A stretch of DNA of 64,000 nt, taken from IMG/VR virus record IMGVR_UViG_3300001525_000355; one strand, given 5' to 3'. This document shows positions 1 to 9,661 of this stretch, one piece after another. The position numbers and the translations under genes are program-made. The stretch's first letter is position 1, and each line of letters begins with the position of its first letter. The notes beneath the pieces are model-generated. The model saw only the letters and a list, made by a program, of their open reading frames with translations. It searched no databases and was not told where the DNA came from. This DNA comes from an uncultured virus (IMG/VR IMGVR_UViG_3300001525_000355). Taxonomy: Duplodnaviria > Heunggongvirae > Uroviricota > Caudoviricetes.

Positions 1-2
1 TC

Positions 3-287
3 CAACCGACTACTACGGTGGTTCAGCCAGTCGTTCAACCTGTGGTTCAACCTACGGTAGTCCAACCAGTTGTCACTCCGGTCATCAATCAACCTACTAC
101 GGTTGTTACACCGGTCGTTCAACCCGTGGTTCAGCCGACTACAATTGTCCAACCGGTCACCACACCTGTAACCCACTATCACACTACAGCTCAGGCTAAA
201 GTGTGGGTTCCTGGTTTTTGGCAGGAGAGGTACCAAAATGGTGAATTAATCAGAGTCTGGGTCCCTGGTCACTACCAATCAAACTGA
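3..287 (+). CDS. 5'-truncated Pro/Val/Gln/Thr-rich repeat protein (VVQP repeats) with a C-terminal WVPG repeat pair
   Basis: The frame is open from base 3, so the start lies upstream of the window. Repeated VVQP/TTVV units; C-terminal KVWVPGFW...RVWVPGHY resembles YXWGXW-type repeats. Confidence 0.7.
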   Translation, partial: QPTTTVVQPVVQPVVQPTVVQPVVTPVINQPTTVVTPVVQPVVQPTTIVQPVTTPVTHYHTTAQAKVWVPGFWQERYQNGELIRVWVPGHYQSN

Positions 288-301
288 AAGGAGAAAAAGA
301 A

Positions 302-418
302 ATGGACAAGCGTGTGGTTGAATACCTCGTCGTCAATGGGCTTTGTATGCTCATTGGCCTCGGAGCGGTCCTCATGAAAATCCATGGGGAGAAGGTTGCG
401 AAAGCGGTCAAGAAGTAA
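302..418 (+). CDS. small hydrophobic protein, 38 aa (not in ORF track)
   Basis: AAGGAG at 288-293 precedes ATG302. Translation MDKRVVEYLVVNGLCMLIGLGAVLMKIHGEKVAKAVKK* has one TM-like segment. Confidence 0.65.
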   Translation: MDKRVVEYLVVNGLCMLIGLGAVLMKIHGEKVAKAVKK

Positions 419-432
419 AAGCTTGATCACAA

Positions 433-482
433 ATAGCCACCCAACAATCTAACTGTAAAAGGTTAGGTTGTTGGGTGGCTGT
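433..482 (+). terminator. long stem-loop (terminator or RNA stabiliser)
   Basis: ATAGCCACCCAACAATCTAACT-gtaaaa-GGTTAGGTTGTTGGGTGGCTGT gives a 22-bp stem whose mismatches are all G-U on the + strand; it lies just after the stop at 418. Confidence 0.7.
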
Positions 483-651
483 CTCATTAAAAATAGTTTT
501 TCTCCTCGAACTTCAAAACAGATGTTGATTCTACATATATTATTGTTTGAATGGAAATTGTTAGTCAAAAATTTCAATCAAAATGAATAACCAAATTATA
601 CAACAATTAATCAAAAAAGATAACAGATAAAAATGAATCAGAACGAAACAA

Positions 652-691
652 TCTCTCATAATCTAATCCGTTGTGATTGGGTTATGAGAGA
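652..691 (+). promoter_or_regulatory. stem-loop upstream of the endonuclease gene
   Basis: TCTCTCATAATCTAATC-cgttgt-GATTGGGTTATGAGAGA, a 17-bp stem with 2 G-U pairs, 45 nt before ATG737. Confidence 0.5.
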
Positions 692-736
692 ATGAACAGT
701 TAAACAAATTTTATAAACACATTAAATTATATAGTT

Positions 737-2236
737 ATGAATCAAATAACAAGACAATCAGCAAAAGAATATTTAATTAATTATATTAATGGTAACAATA
801 CACGAATCAAAGGTATTGGTAATCATTTACGTCACAGAAATCCAGAATTATTAGAATATATCAAAAAAGAATCAAAAAAATTTGATTTTTCTAATAATGG
901 AATTGTAATATATATGTTATTAAATAATATTGAAACTCCACCGTTATGTATTGATTGTAAAATTAACTATGCAACATTTTATAATCATCAGTTTAATAAA
1001 CGATGTACTAAATGCGGTTTAAAATACGGGGGTATTCAATCGAATCAATCATATAAAGAAAAACATGGTCATTATTTGTTTTCTAATAAAGAATTCAGAG
1101 ATAAAATTAGTGATAAATTATTTAAAGAAACTGGGTATAGATACAACACACAAAAACCAGAAGTAATATCTAAAATACAAAAATCATTACATGAAAAATA
1201 TAATGGTTGTGGTTTTGCATCACATTATATAAAAGATAAAATCGATTCTGCTATGATTTCTAAATATGGTTATAATCATATAGATTATAATGGAAATTCT
1301 AAAAGAATTTCTGATATGAAATCTAGAAATATTCAAAAATATGGAGTAGATAGTTGGATGAAACTTGATTCATCTAAAAAACTATTTCATAATATGAATA
1401 TGACTAAAGAAATATTACAGAATGTAATAGATTTTTTAAACAAATATGATCTTATATTAGTATCTGATTATTACAATGCTAAAACACCATTTAAAGTTAA
1501 ATGTAATAGATGCAAGAATGAATTCTGGATAAAATGTTATAATCAAATGCAACAAGGTATTATATCACCATATTGTTGCAAAAATTGTTATCCAAATATA
1601 GGAAGCGGTAAATCTCAAACCGAGATTAGTATAAGTAATAGTATTCAATTAAAATATCCAAATCTAAAAATTGAAACCAATATTAGAAATATTATTGATG
1701 GTCATAAAGAATTAGATATCTATATTAAAGAAAAGAATTTAGCTATCGAATATAATGGTTTATGGTGGCACAGTTCAAATGATTGTAATCCAAAAAATAG
1801 ACCAATTGATTCTGATTATCATTACGAAAAATATAAAATGTGTAAAGAAAAAGGAATAAGACTGATTACTATTTTTGAATGGGATTCATTAGATATTATA
1901 ATGAATATGATATATCATATTATTGATAATAATGAAATTATAGATTTGAATAATTTTGAAAAAATAGATGGTACTGATGATATACTAATAGATAATAGAT
2001 TTTATAGTTATGAATTTTTAAAAAATAAAGATAATTATGAATTAATTAGAAGAATTCAACCATTACCTTGGTTTTGGGAAATTCATGATCATGATTTTAT
2101 TAGATATGATGAATTTAAACAATCTTTTTGTACAGATGGAAGTAAACCATTTGATATAGCAAAAGAATATGATTATAACTGGATATATGATTGTGGTTAT
2201 CAAGTTATTAGATTAAAAACTGAAAAATCAGTGTAG
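737..2236 (+). CDS. putative free-standing homing endonuclease (Hef-like/Vsr-like PD-(D/E)xK domain, KYG repeats, Zn fingers)
   Basis: ELDIYIKEKNLAIEYNGLWWHS...KGIRLITIFE nuclease motif; EKHG/EKYNG/SKYG/QKYGVD repeats; CxxC pairs; very AT-rich; convergent with the capsid gene. Confidence 0.7.
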   Translation: MNQITRQSAKEYLINYINGNNTRIKGIGNHLRHRNPELLEYIKKESKKFDFSNNGIVIYMLLNNIETPPLCIDCKINYATFYNHQFNKRCTKCGLKYGGIQSNQSYKEKHGHYLFSNKEFRDKISDKLFKETGYRYNTQKPEVISKIQKSLHEKYNGCGFASHYIKDKIDSAMISKYGYNHIDYNGNSKRISDMKSRNIQKYGVDSWMKLDSSKKLFHNMNMTKEILQNVIDFLNKYDLILVSDYYNAKTPFKVKCNRCKNEFWIKCYNQMQQGIISPYCCKNCYPNIGSGKSQTEISISNSIQLKYPNLKIETNIRNIIDGHKELDIYIKEKNLAIEYNGLWWHSSNDCNPKNRPIDSDYHYEKYKMCKEKGIRLITIFEWDSLDIIMNMIYHIIDNNEIIDLNNFEKIDGTDDILIDNRFYSYEFLKNKDNYELIRRIQPLPWFWEIHDHDFIRYDEFKQSFCTDGSKPFDIAKEYDYNWIYDCGYQVIRLKTEKSV

Positions 2237-2237
2237 G

Positions 2238-2274
2238 AAAAGACAACCGGATTTTGATATCCGGTTGTCTTTTT
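2238..2274. terminator. bidirectional intrinsic terminator
   Basis: AAAAGACAACCGGAT-tttgat-ATCCGGTTGTCTTTT(T), with A and T tracts on either side, lies between two convergent genes. Confidence 0.85.
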
Positions 2275-2294
2275 CTCGGTTATAAGACCAAAGA

Positions 2295-3803
2295 TTAAGC
2301 AGTAGCTGAATCGATGATACTAAGAACAGAGATACCCTGCGGGCGGATGAGCTGATTACCATATCTACTGAGGAGCGTGCAAGTGGGATTGTTCCCGAGC
2401 GGATAAGGACTCATGACACAGGGCACGTAAGGTGAATGGACCCAAACGGCTTTCACGTCTTCAGCAGGCTTGTAAGTCATAATCATCTTACCCTGAGGAA
2501 CGACCTGAGAAATAAGAACCTTATACTTACCATTAGCAACAGTTGCTGACTCATAGCCAAGATCGCCATCATCACTTGAAGAACCGTTGTACTTATACTC
2601 CTGAAGTGACTCGAAGATAGTAGCATCAAGCGGGTTGCAAGCGATAACGTTAGCAGTCTGAATGTTGGTATCATTATAGATAGCAGCACTGAGCTTATTG
2701 ATCTTGGGAAGGACGTTCTCCATCCACTGTTTCGGACCCCAAGCATAGCCAACAGCTGAACCACTCTTATATGAACCAGGGTTCACATCGAAGGTGTCAT
2801 TGTGAAGCTTGCCATTGAGTCTCTCGCAAGTGAAGAGAAGACTGTTAACAATCTCTCTATCAATATCGAGAACGAGCTGCTGACCCATAACCGCAACGAG
2901 CTCAGACTGAAGCTCAACATCAAAGAGAGCCTTGACGTCTTGCTGCATCTGAATCGTCCACTCAGAAGAGATCTGGCGATCCTTTGCAACCATTCTCATC
3001 TTCTCGATTGAGAACTGGGCACGAGGATTGATAGTATTCTCTTCAAGTGAGAGAGTGCAAGTAAATGCAACCTTGGTAAGTTTGTCACCAACACAAGCGA
3101 GCTCAAGAACACCAGTGAGGTAATTGATACGACCAGTAAGGGTATCAGTATCACCATTGGTATTAGTGACAGTAGCTGAAATGGTGCCATCAACCGTAGG
3201 ACTGACATTCATAGGAACCATCTCGCCACCACATTCAACTGCAGTGATGAGGAAAGTCTTCTCAATGTGAGCGATCTCAGCATTGACACCAGCGAGAGCG
3301 AGGATATCAATAGTACCGAGAGCAACAGCCTCAGCAACCGGAACAGTTACGGAAGGACCACCAGTGATATCAGTGTTAGAAGGAGCCATATAGCTCTTGC
3401 TGTCACCGAATCTCTTGAAGGTAGCCTTGACGAAACCACGAACGATCTCAGGCTTGTTCATAGGAATGACCGTAACGAGCTCTCTTGCAATCGTCTTCGG
3501 GAAGTAAACGCGAAGAAGAGGAAGAGCGAGAGTTTCATACGGATTCAAACCATACATTGAATTCTCAAGCAGCTGCATACGAGTATTCTCAGCGAGAAGC
3601 TTGAATGCAGGAATATCACGAGAATTAAGACCCTCAGCGAGAGAGTTAGTATAAGTATCAAAGTTCTGATCGGAAACAATCAGATCTCTGAATGAACCTG
3701 GCTTAGAAGGATCGATACCAGTACTCTTGCGAGTAAAGCTATATGACTCCTTCAAAAGCTCTTTAGTATTCTTAGCTAAAGTACTCATTTTAGAGTTCTC
3801 CAT
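2295..3803 (-). CDS. major capsid protein (T4 gp23-like HK97 fold)
   Basis: LPLLRVYFPKTIARELVTVIPM, RQISSEWTIQMQQDVKA...DIDREIV and C-terminal VHSPYVP...LSRYG match gp23-like patterns. Codon usage is typical of a highly expressed gene. The N-terminus has several LxE sites. Confidence 0.9.
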   Translation of the reverse strand: MENSKMSTLAKNTKELLKESYSFTRKSTGIDPSKPGSFRDLIVSDQNFDTYTNSLAEGLNSRDIPAFKLLAENTRMQLLENSMYGLNPYETLALPLLRVYFPKTIARELVTVIPMNKPEIVRGFVKATFKRFGDSKSYMAPSNTDITGGPSVTVPVAEAVALGTIDILALAGVNAEIAHIEKTFLITAVECGGEMVPMNVSPTVDGTISATVTNTNGDTDTLTGRINYLTGVLELACVGDKLTKVAFTCTLSLEENTINPRAQFSIEKMRMVAKDRQISSEWTIQMQQDVKALFDVELQSELVAVMGQQLVLDIDREIVNSLLFTCERLNGKLHNDTFDVNPGSYKSGSAVGYAWGPKQWMENVLPKINKLSAAIYNDTNIQTANVIACNPLDATIFESLQEYKYNGSSSDDGDLGYESATVANGKYKVLISQVVPQGKMIMTYKPAEDVKAVWVHSPYVPCVMSPYPLGNNPTCTLLSRYGNQLIRPQGISVLSIIDSATA

Positions 3804-4077
3804 GTTAATTTAATGAATTATTTTAGAGTTTGACTGCTGATATTAGTCGACTCTGAAATTAACATGGATTGGTTTCTAAAAATTGAAACCAAAACAATTC
3901 ATTTCAGCTGGTCACTTAAAATCATTTAAAGTCTGTCTTCAAGAACCAAACGACCACTTCTTGATCTTAGACTAGTATGTATCTCATACCAAGTTAATAT
4001 AAACTGGTTCTTTTGATACAATACTTATTATTTTAGTATTTAATTCAATTGATTTTTAAAAACGTGATACATTTGAA

Positions 4078-4350
4078 TCAAAACTTGATTTTAAGTCCTA
4101 TTTCGTATCCATCTTTACAACCACCATTATAATTCTTATCTCCAAATGGATCAGAAAGATTTCTATTTTTTACATATGGGGTAACTTTGGATGTCTTAAA
4201 CCAATTGACTATTTTAGAGAAGAAACCACCTTCTTCTTTTTTTGGTTGTAAATCTTCTTGTGGTTTTTGATTATTCTTACTAATTGGTTTAAAATGGGTG
4301 ACATCCCCATCTTGTATTAATTCTACATCATTGATAATTTGTTTAGTCAT
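4078..4350 (-). CDS. hypothetical protein
   Basis: 90-aa ORF tightly packed in the minus-strand operon. Confidence 0.6.
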   Translation of the reverse strand: MTKQIINDVELIQDGDVTHFKPISKNNQKPQEDLQPKKEEGGFFSKIVNWFKTSKVTPYVKNRNLSDPFGDKNYNGGCKDGYEIGLKIKF

Positions 4351-4351
4351 T

Positions 4352-4771
4352 TTAAGAGTTATTTTTTGCTTGTTCCATTAAAATTTGAGCCGGTTTGAGA
4401 AGTTTGGAATCTTCAATTTTCTTTTGTTGCTTTTTTGTAGCTTCTAATTGTTTTGCAATCTTGGCTATATCAATACTAACTTCACCATCATCACCCTTTT
4501 CAAGTTTTCTTCTTAAATCAATTTCACTAATAATATTTCTAGTATATTCCTGTCTTGTACTAAGTAAAAGATTATAGAAAGTACTAATGGTTTTCAATCT
4601 TTCTTCTTTGGCATATCTGTTTCTATAATCATTATTGGATTTACATACATCAAGAACAGTATCTTTACATTGCTCAATTTCATTAAGCATCTCTGTAAGT
4701 TTTGATCTTGATGTACTAAGCTCATTAAGAAGTTCTGTATACTTATCTTGATTTTGTGGATTCTTACTCAT
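4352..4771 (-). CDS. hypothetical coiled-coil protein
   Basis: Likely start is ATG4771 (MSKNPQ), which overlaps the upstream stop as ATGA; helical and charged. Confidence 0.65.
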   Translation of the reverse strand: MSKNPQNQDKYTELLNELSTSRSKLTEMLNEIEQCKDTVLDVCKSNNDYRNRYAKEERLKTISTFYNLLLSTRQEYTRNIISEIDLRRKLEKGDDGEVSIDIAKIAKQLEATKKQQKKIEDSKLLKPAQILMEQAKNNS

Positions 4772-4941
4772 ACTTGATTCCCAGAAATTTTTACTTCTTG
4801 TTCTGACCAATCATGATTGATGATTTCAATATTCTCTATTATAGTGACATCTTGTAAAGCCCTCATTCTTTCTTTAAGTTTGGCTCTTTCTAATAGAGAC
4901 AATTTTGGTTGTCTAAAACCATTTTGAAATGTAAAAATCAT
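4768..4941 (-). CDS. small hypothetical protein, 57 aa (not in ORF track)
   Basis: MIFTFQNGFRQPKLSLLERAKLKERMRALQD...SGNQV*; its TGA overlaps the next ATG, consistent with translational coupling. Confidence 0.55.
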   Translation of the reverse strand: MIFTFQNGFRQPKLSLLERAKLKERMRALQDVTIIENIEIINHDWSEQEVKISGNQV

Positions 4942-5021
4942 ATGATTGAATCATTCATTTTAAAAAATATAACAAATTGTATATATTTTTAGTTCACAAC
5001 GTTATTTTGAAAATTAAACAT

Positions 5022-5483
5022 ATGGAAGAACAAGTTATTATTACTAAGAAACTGTGTGATTTACTGAGAGAATCTGATTACAAACTCTGGTATTCTTCTT
5101 GTTCTGGTTCTACTGGTGATGAAGAAAAATGGAAATTTCAAACTTATTTTGGTTGGGATTATAAGCCAGATGGTTCTAAATCTGCATTTGATGAATATGT
5201 AAAACAAATCAAAAGTAGAGATGAATTAAATGCTGCCAAAATAAAGAAACAGGTAATGACTGAACTCAAATTACTTGAACCTTCCAAATATAAAGATGAA
5301 GATACTCAAAGTATCTATACACGTTGTTTGGAATTGGATGAAAAGCAAGTAAAAAAGTTGATATTTGTTACTAAAACTGCAATCAAGGGCTGGATTGTCA
5401 TACAATATGCTTCTGATAAAGAAGCTGGTTTAACTAACGAGTCTATTGATAATTTAGTAACCAATATGACTAAGAAATTATAA
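5022..5483 (+). CDS. hypothetical protein (lone plus-strand gene in the minus-strand block)
   Basis: Likely start is ATG5022 (MEEQVIIT); protein-like composition; its stop abuts the convergent glycosyltransferase gene. Confidence 0.65.
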   Translation: MEEQVIITKKLCDLLRESDYKLWYSSCSGSTGDEEKWKFQTYFGWDYKPDGSKSAFDEYVKQIKSRDELNAAKIKKQVMTELKLLEPSKYKDEDTQSIYTRCLELDEKQVKKLIFVTKTAIKGWIVIQYASDKEAGLTNESIDNLVTNMTKKL

Positions 5484-6254
5484 ATTTTTCTTTTTCCAGA
5501 AATAATTCTTATGTAAAAGAATCATTTTACACATTGGTTGATATTTTTCTAATTTTGGCAACCAAGTACATAAATACATTTTTCCACTAAGTATATTGAT
5601 CTTATTGGGTTCTTTTCTAATTAATATATTGATATACTTATTATAGTATGTTTCATCATGCCATTTAACATACTTATCGTATCCATAATACAAATCATAA
5701 TATCTACATGATTCTATATAAGAAATCATCTTTTTAAATCTATCTGATGTTGCTCCAAAATTACCACTTTGAAAGTATTTAAAAGTTTGAAATTTTCTTG
5801 CATCAAAATAGCTGGCACTTCTATTGTCTTGACACAATGAATCATATTTACCTTTACTATTTGGATCAAATAGACTATGAACAACAACAAATTGTTCTTT
5901 ACCATTAAATAATTCATTTAAGGTAACATTAGATCTACATACTAGATTTCCATTAAAATAGAAACAATAATCATAATTTTTATAGTATGATTCTGCTTCA
6001 TTTAAAAACTTAAATTTTCTAAACTTAAATTCATCTATAGATAACCCAGAAACATTTATCTTAAAGAATTTGATATTGGAACAATCACTATAATCTGATA
6101 CTTGTTTCTTCAAATCTTCTGGATTATCTGTAAATACAAAGAATATCTTATTACATTCATTACAGAAATTCATATTAAATGATTTATAGAACTCTTTAAA
6201 AAACATTCTATATTTACCAGTAGTTTCGTATGTAATGCATAGATTCTTTTTCAT
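5478..6254 (-). CDS. glycosyltransferase family 6 (GT6)
   Basis: TGKY, FFVFTD, YFQSGNFGA and WHDETYYNKY motifs; FYFNGN gives NxN in place of DxD, as in bacterial GT6 enzymes. Confidence 0.85.
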   Translation of the reverse strand: MKKNLCITYETTGKYRMFFKEFYKSFNMNFCNECNKIFFVFTDNPEDLKKQVSDYSDCSNIKFFKINVSGLSIDEFKFRKFKFLNEAESYYKNYDYCFYFNGNLVCRSNVTLNELFNGKEQFVVVHSLFDPNSKGKYDSLCQDNRSASYFDARKFQTFKYFQSGNFGATSDRFKKMISYIESCRYYDLYYGYDKYVKWHDETYYNKYINILIRKEPNKINILSGKMYLCTWLPKLEKYQPMCKMILLHKNYFWKKKNL

Positions 6255-6802
6255 ATGAAAATCTTTCTCTTGTCTTTAAAAAATTCTTCTTCAAAATTCC
6301 ATTTATGACAATTATCTTTTGGAGTAGTACTATTTTCACTACCATAAAAATTAACTAAAGTAACTTCATCATTACATACTTCTTGAAAAATATGATATGC
6401 AATATATCCAGTAGTAGGAACTTTATCATCTGGATATTTAAAAAAGAAATCTAAATTCTTTAAACTAACATCTTTTGTTTCATCTAATTTTATATCAGTT
6501 TCACTTAAAAAGAATTCTTTTTTGTCAGAATCATGATGAATACAAAAAACTTTTTTGAAACTTGATCTACAATAAGAAACATAATCAAGTCCAAAATAAG
6601 ATACTACATTTCCTACAGAAAACCCTCTATTTAACGAATATACAACTTTATCTTTAAAAAATGATCTATTTGCTTTTAAAGGAATACAAGTATTCAATAA
6701 TATTATTGTATCATTATCGGAAGATTTAAAATTATTTTGTATCTTCTCTCCAAATTCTTCTAATGATTCATAATTATGAGCATTACTAAAAATGTAAATC
6801 AT
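6251..6802 (-). CDS. GT29 (sialyltransferase)-like glycosyltransferase
   Basis: PTTGYIAY...VTLVNFY...HKWNFEE resembles sialylmotifs S and VS (HxxxxE); coupled to the GT6 gene. Confidence 0.55.
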   Translation of the reverse strand: MIYIFSNAHNYESLEEFGEKIQNNFKSSDNDTIILLNTCIPLKANRSFFKDKVVYSLNRGFSVGNVVSYFGLDYVSYCRSSFKKVFCIHHDSDKKEFFLSETDIKLDETKDVSLKNLDFFFKYPDDKVPTTGYIAYHIFQEVCNDEVTLVNFYGSENSTTPKDNCHKWNFEEEFFKDKRKIFI

Positions 6803-6809
6803 AATTAAA

Positions 6810-7304
6810 TCACTTCTTTATCATTGCAGCAAGAGCACCACCACCACCCAATAAAGTACCACTAATTCTACCAGTTACTTTACCTTTATCAGAAATTTGT
6901 TTGATTTTGGCGCTTTTATAATCAGGAATAAAACGAACAGGATTTCTATTTGCTATATCTCTTTGAACATCTTGATACACTTCGATAGCCTTATAATATT
7001 CAGCTTTGGCATTTCTCTTATCAAGCTTATCACAATTCATGTACCATTCTTTAGCTCGTTTTACTTCATCTTTGGATTTTTGTAAAGTATCCTTTACTAC
7101 ATTGAGAAAAGTAGGATTATCCCATGAAATCTTCTTTGGATCTATCTTATTATATTTAATATTACCAATTAAAGTTCCAGTGTGTTTACCTATGAAATTA
7201 CCACCATTTCCACCAAGAGCAGACATTGAAGCAATAGTCATAGTCTTTGCTATGTTTGGATTAGAATCCAATCTAAACTCTTGTAAAAATGAATATTGTT
7301 TCAT
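6810..7304 (-). CDS. putative internal head protein with MKQYSFLQE leader and Gly-rich segments
   Basis: N-terminal MKQYSFLQE; Gly-rich stretches near both ends; directly downstream of the prohead protease gene. Confidence 0.65.
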   Translation of the reverse strand: MKQYSFLQEFRLDSNPNIAKTMTIASMSALGGNGGNFIGKHTGTLIGNIKYNKIDPKKISWDNPTFLNVVKDTLQKSKDEVKRAKEWYMNCDKLDKRNAKAEYYKAIEVYQDVQRDIANRNPVRFIPDYKSAKIKQISDKGKVTGRISGTLLGGGGALAAMIKK

Positions 7305-7314
7305 AAAATAAAAA

Positions 7315-8034
7315 TTAGATGTACATACTACCGAGTTTAATTATTTTCTTCTCAATTAACATATCTAATGTATTCGGAGTATACATATTTCCATCTGTTA
7401 AAGTAATTAAATTTTTGGCTTCTGTCAAAACTTTAAGAACAGAATGATCAGAAATATTAGAAATTTTACCTTCTTCTACTATTTCTTTAATGTAACTCTT
7501 TGCGTGGCTTGGTTCACTAACTATATCCCAGGTAATTACCACTAATGGAGCAACAACCGTCTGATATCCGCCATTATCAGACACGTCTGCAAGTCCACGT
7601 AAAGAGTGGCCCAGGGTAATATTATCAGCAGCAAGACCGCTTGCTATCTTTCCTTTTGGTGTATAAGGAAGAGTTTCTATCTTACCCCACAGTAAATTTC
7701 CCTCCCACCAAGTTTCAGTAATAAGATGACTTGAATCCGAATAATTTACTGTTGTTTGTCTAACTTGGTTATCAGAAATCGGATGATCAAGTTCTCCAAC
7801 CATTCTTCTTTCATCAATTTTTTGCTGAACTCGTTTAATACCATCAACTAAAACATCTTTTGGATAAACTCTCTTATTCTGATTACGAACATCTGCAGTT
7901 TGTAAAATTGCTTTATAAATTACTTTACCATCATTATACTTCTTCAATCTCTCTGGTACACTAAACACCACACCCTCATTAATGATACTAGGTACAGCTT
8001 TAACTTTAGCCTGTTCTTTCAAAACTTGTTTCAT
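7315..8034 (-). CDS. prohead protease (T4 gp21-like)
   Basis: NQNKRVYP, GELDHP, SHLIT, GHSLRGLA and TWDIVSEPS motifs. Confidence 0.92.
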   Translation of the reverse strand: MKQVLKEQAKVKAVPSIINEGVVFSVPERLKKYNDGKVIYKAILQTADVRNQNKRVYPKDVLVDGIKRVQQKIDERRMVGELDHPISDNQVRQTTVNYSDSSHLITETWWEGNLLWGKIETLPYTPKGKIASGLAADNITLGHSLRGLADVSDNGGYQTVVAPLVVITWDIVSEPSHAKSYIKEIVEEGKISNISDHSVLKVLTEAKNLITLTDGNMYTPNTLDMLIEKKIIKLGSMYI

Positions 8035-8038
8035 AGTA

Positions 8039-8344
8039 TTAACCTCTACTAAAATTTTTAACTAAATCAGGATTGTACTTTAATCCAGTCTTAATGACAC
8101 CCTTTGTATTTCTTAAAGATTTCAGACGATCTATAGCCTTGTCTACAATCTTTAATTTCTGTTCACCTCTAATTTCAAAACCCGGTAAAGATTTTTGTTT
8201 TGGAAGTGATTTAAGAACATCCTTTCTCAAATTTGTTAACTTTTTCAATCTATTCGGATCGGATGCTTTAGAAATATTGGATACAAGTTTCTGAAAAGAT
8301 TTAACATTTGATTCTGTTAATAGTAATGGATTAAAGTGATACAT
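8039..8344 (-). CDS. basic putative internal head protein (MYHFNPLLLTE leader)
   Basis: The leader resembles MKYQFNPLLE of the genes at 51631 and 51758; Lys-rich body. Confidence 0.6.
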   Translation of the reverse strand: MYHFNPLLLTESNVKSFQKLVSNISKASDPNRLKKLTNLRKDVLKSLPKQKSLPGFEIRGEQKLKIVDKAIDRLKSLRNTKGVIKTGLKYNPDLVKNFSRG

Positions 8345-8350
8345 GATATA

Positions 8351-9253
8351 TTACTCCTCAATACCTTCATTGACTAAAGTTTCGGCTCTTTTCAATAATT
8401 TACTTTCAGTCAATGAACATTCAAGTTTACGTTCTTTGTAAATATCTTCTATCTTAATACAGATATCCTTGAGAAGAGCATAATACAATACAATGAGTTC
8501 ATCAACTTTTTCTTTATAAATCTTCAGATTATTAATTACTAATCTAAATAATTCAAAAGCTGTATCAACTTCTTTATAAAGTTCTTGAAGTTTTATATCT
8601 GATGATATATGAAGAAGTCTTGAAATACCATCCAATATATCATAAATCTTCTTAAGTTTATATGCTCTACCTACAGCAGTAAATGACTTAGTAGTACCAT
8701 CTCCTGTAGGCATACCAGTCATAGGATCTACAGCACCCATTCCCATTGGACTTTGTGGTGCAGTAGCATCACCCAAACCTCTAAGAGGATCATCATCCTG
8801 TGGCTGTTGTTGCATCATTCCCGGATTCAATGGTTGACCGGTCATTGGATCAATCTGCACATTTGGATCCATTGGCATTCCGGTATTTGGATCTATACCA
8901 ACAGCACCATTTGGATCAGCCATTTCTCCATCATCAGCTGGAGGATTTTCAATCTGTTTAATTTTTGCTAAAGTTTCTTTAGTCTTTGCTTCAATATTTC
9001 TGATTTGAGCAGCAATCTTAAGAGTATTGGCTTTAGTTTCACTGTGTGGAACATCATCAATACTCTTAATCAGTGGTTCAAAAGTATCTTCTTCCTCTTG
9101 ATTCTGTTGTTCAGCATTTTCTGGTAATTCAACTGGATTTTCAACTTGAGCTTGTTCATTTGGATCAACAGTAGGATCATTAATTGGTTGATTCTGAGGA
9201 TCTTGAACTGGTTCCTCTGCTTCTCTTAAGAAACTATAAGTTGATCTCTTCAT
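8351..9253 (-). CDS. putative prohead core or internal protein (MKRSTYSFLRE leader, DPxTG(M/Q)P repeats)
   Basis: Likely start is ATG9253; YSFLRE leader; acidic Gln/Pro/Met-rich low-complexity N-half; helical C-terminal domain with LTE. Confidence 0.65.
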   Translation of the reverse strand: MKRSTYSFLREAEEPVQDPQNQPINDPTVDPNEQAQVENPVELPENAEQQNQEEEDTFEPLIKSIDDVPHSETKANTLKIAAQIRNIEAKTKETLAKIKQIENPPADDGEMADPNGAVGIDPNTGMPMDPNVQIDPMTGQPLNPGMMQQQPQDDDPLRGLGDATAPQSPMGMGAVDPMTGMPTGDGTTKSFTAVGRAYKLKKIYDILDGISRLLHISSDIKLQELYKEVDTAFELFRLVINNLKIYKEKVDELIVLYYALLKDICIKIEDIYKERKLECSLTESKLLKRAETLVNEGIEE

Positions 9254-9260
9254 AAACTTT

Positions 9261-9590
9261 TTAAGCATTTGGATTCACTGTAGGATCTTGTCTCTGACGA
9301 TCTGCTTCAGCTTGTCTATCTGCTTCCTCATCAGCCTGCTGCTGTTTAAGATCATCAAGTGATTTCTTTGCATCATGCTGAGTTCTTGCAAGCTGAGCCT
9401 TTGCAGCAATTAATTCTGCTTTAGCTTTCAAATTGGCAGCCTGTTTTCTCATCTCATTGGTTGGATCATCAGGATTATCAATGAGTGACTTTGGATCACC
9501 AACTCTTGCAACTTGTGGATCTCTTGCTGGTGTCTTCACCATTGATTTGACACTATCAGCTTCCATAAGAAATGAATATTGTTTAATCAT
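9261..9590 (-). CDS. putative internal head protein (MIKQYSFLME leader)
   Basis: Leader motif followed by an Ala/Gln-rich coiled coil. Confidence 0.65.
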   Translation of the reverse strand: MIKQYSFLMEADSVKSMVKTPARDPQVARVGDPKSLIDNPDDPTNEMRKQAANLKAKAELIAAKAQLARTQHDAKKSLDDLKQQQADEEADRQAEADRQRQDPTVNPNA

Positions 9591-9661
9591 AACTAAATTC
9601 TCCGCACAAAAAATCTTTTTGATTTGTTCTGATATATTAAAATTTTCAATTGAAGATATAG

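Noticed and set aside
2483..3560. Several short ORFs overlapping the capsid gene
   Set aside because: Alternative-frame or antisense shadows of a strongly codon-biased gene; the same applies to similar nested ORFs elsewhere (e.g. 17020, 18060, 43989, 62862, 63318).
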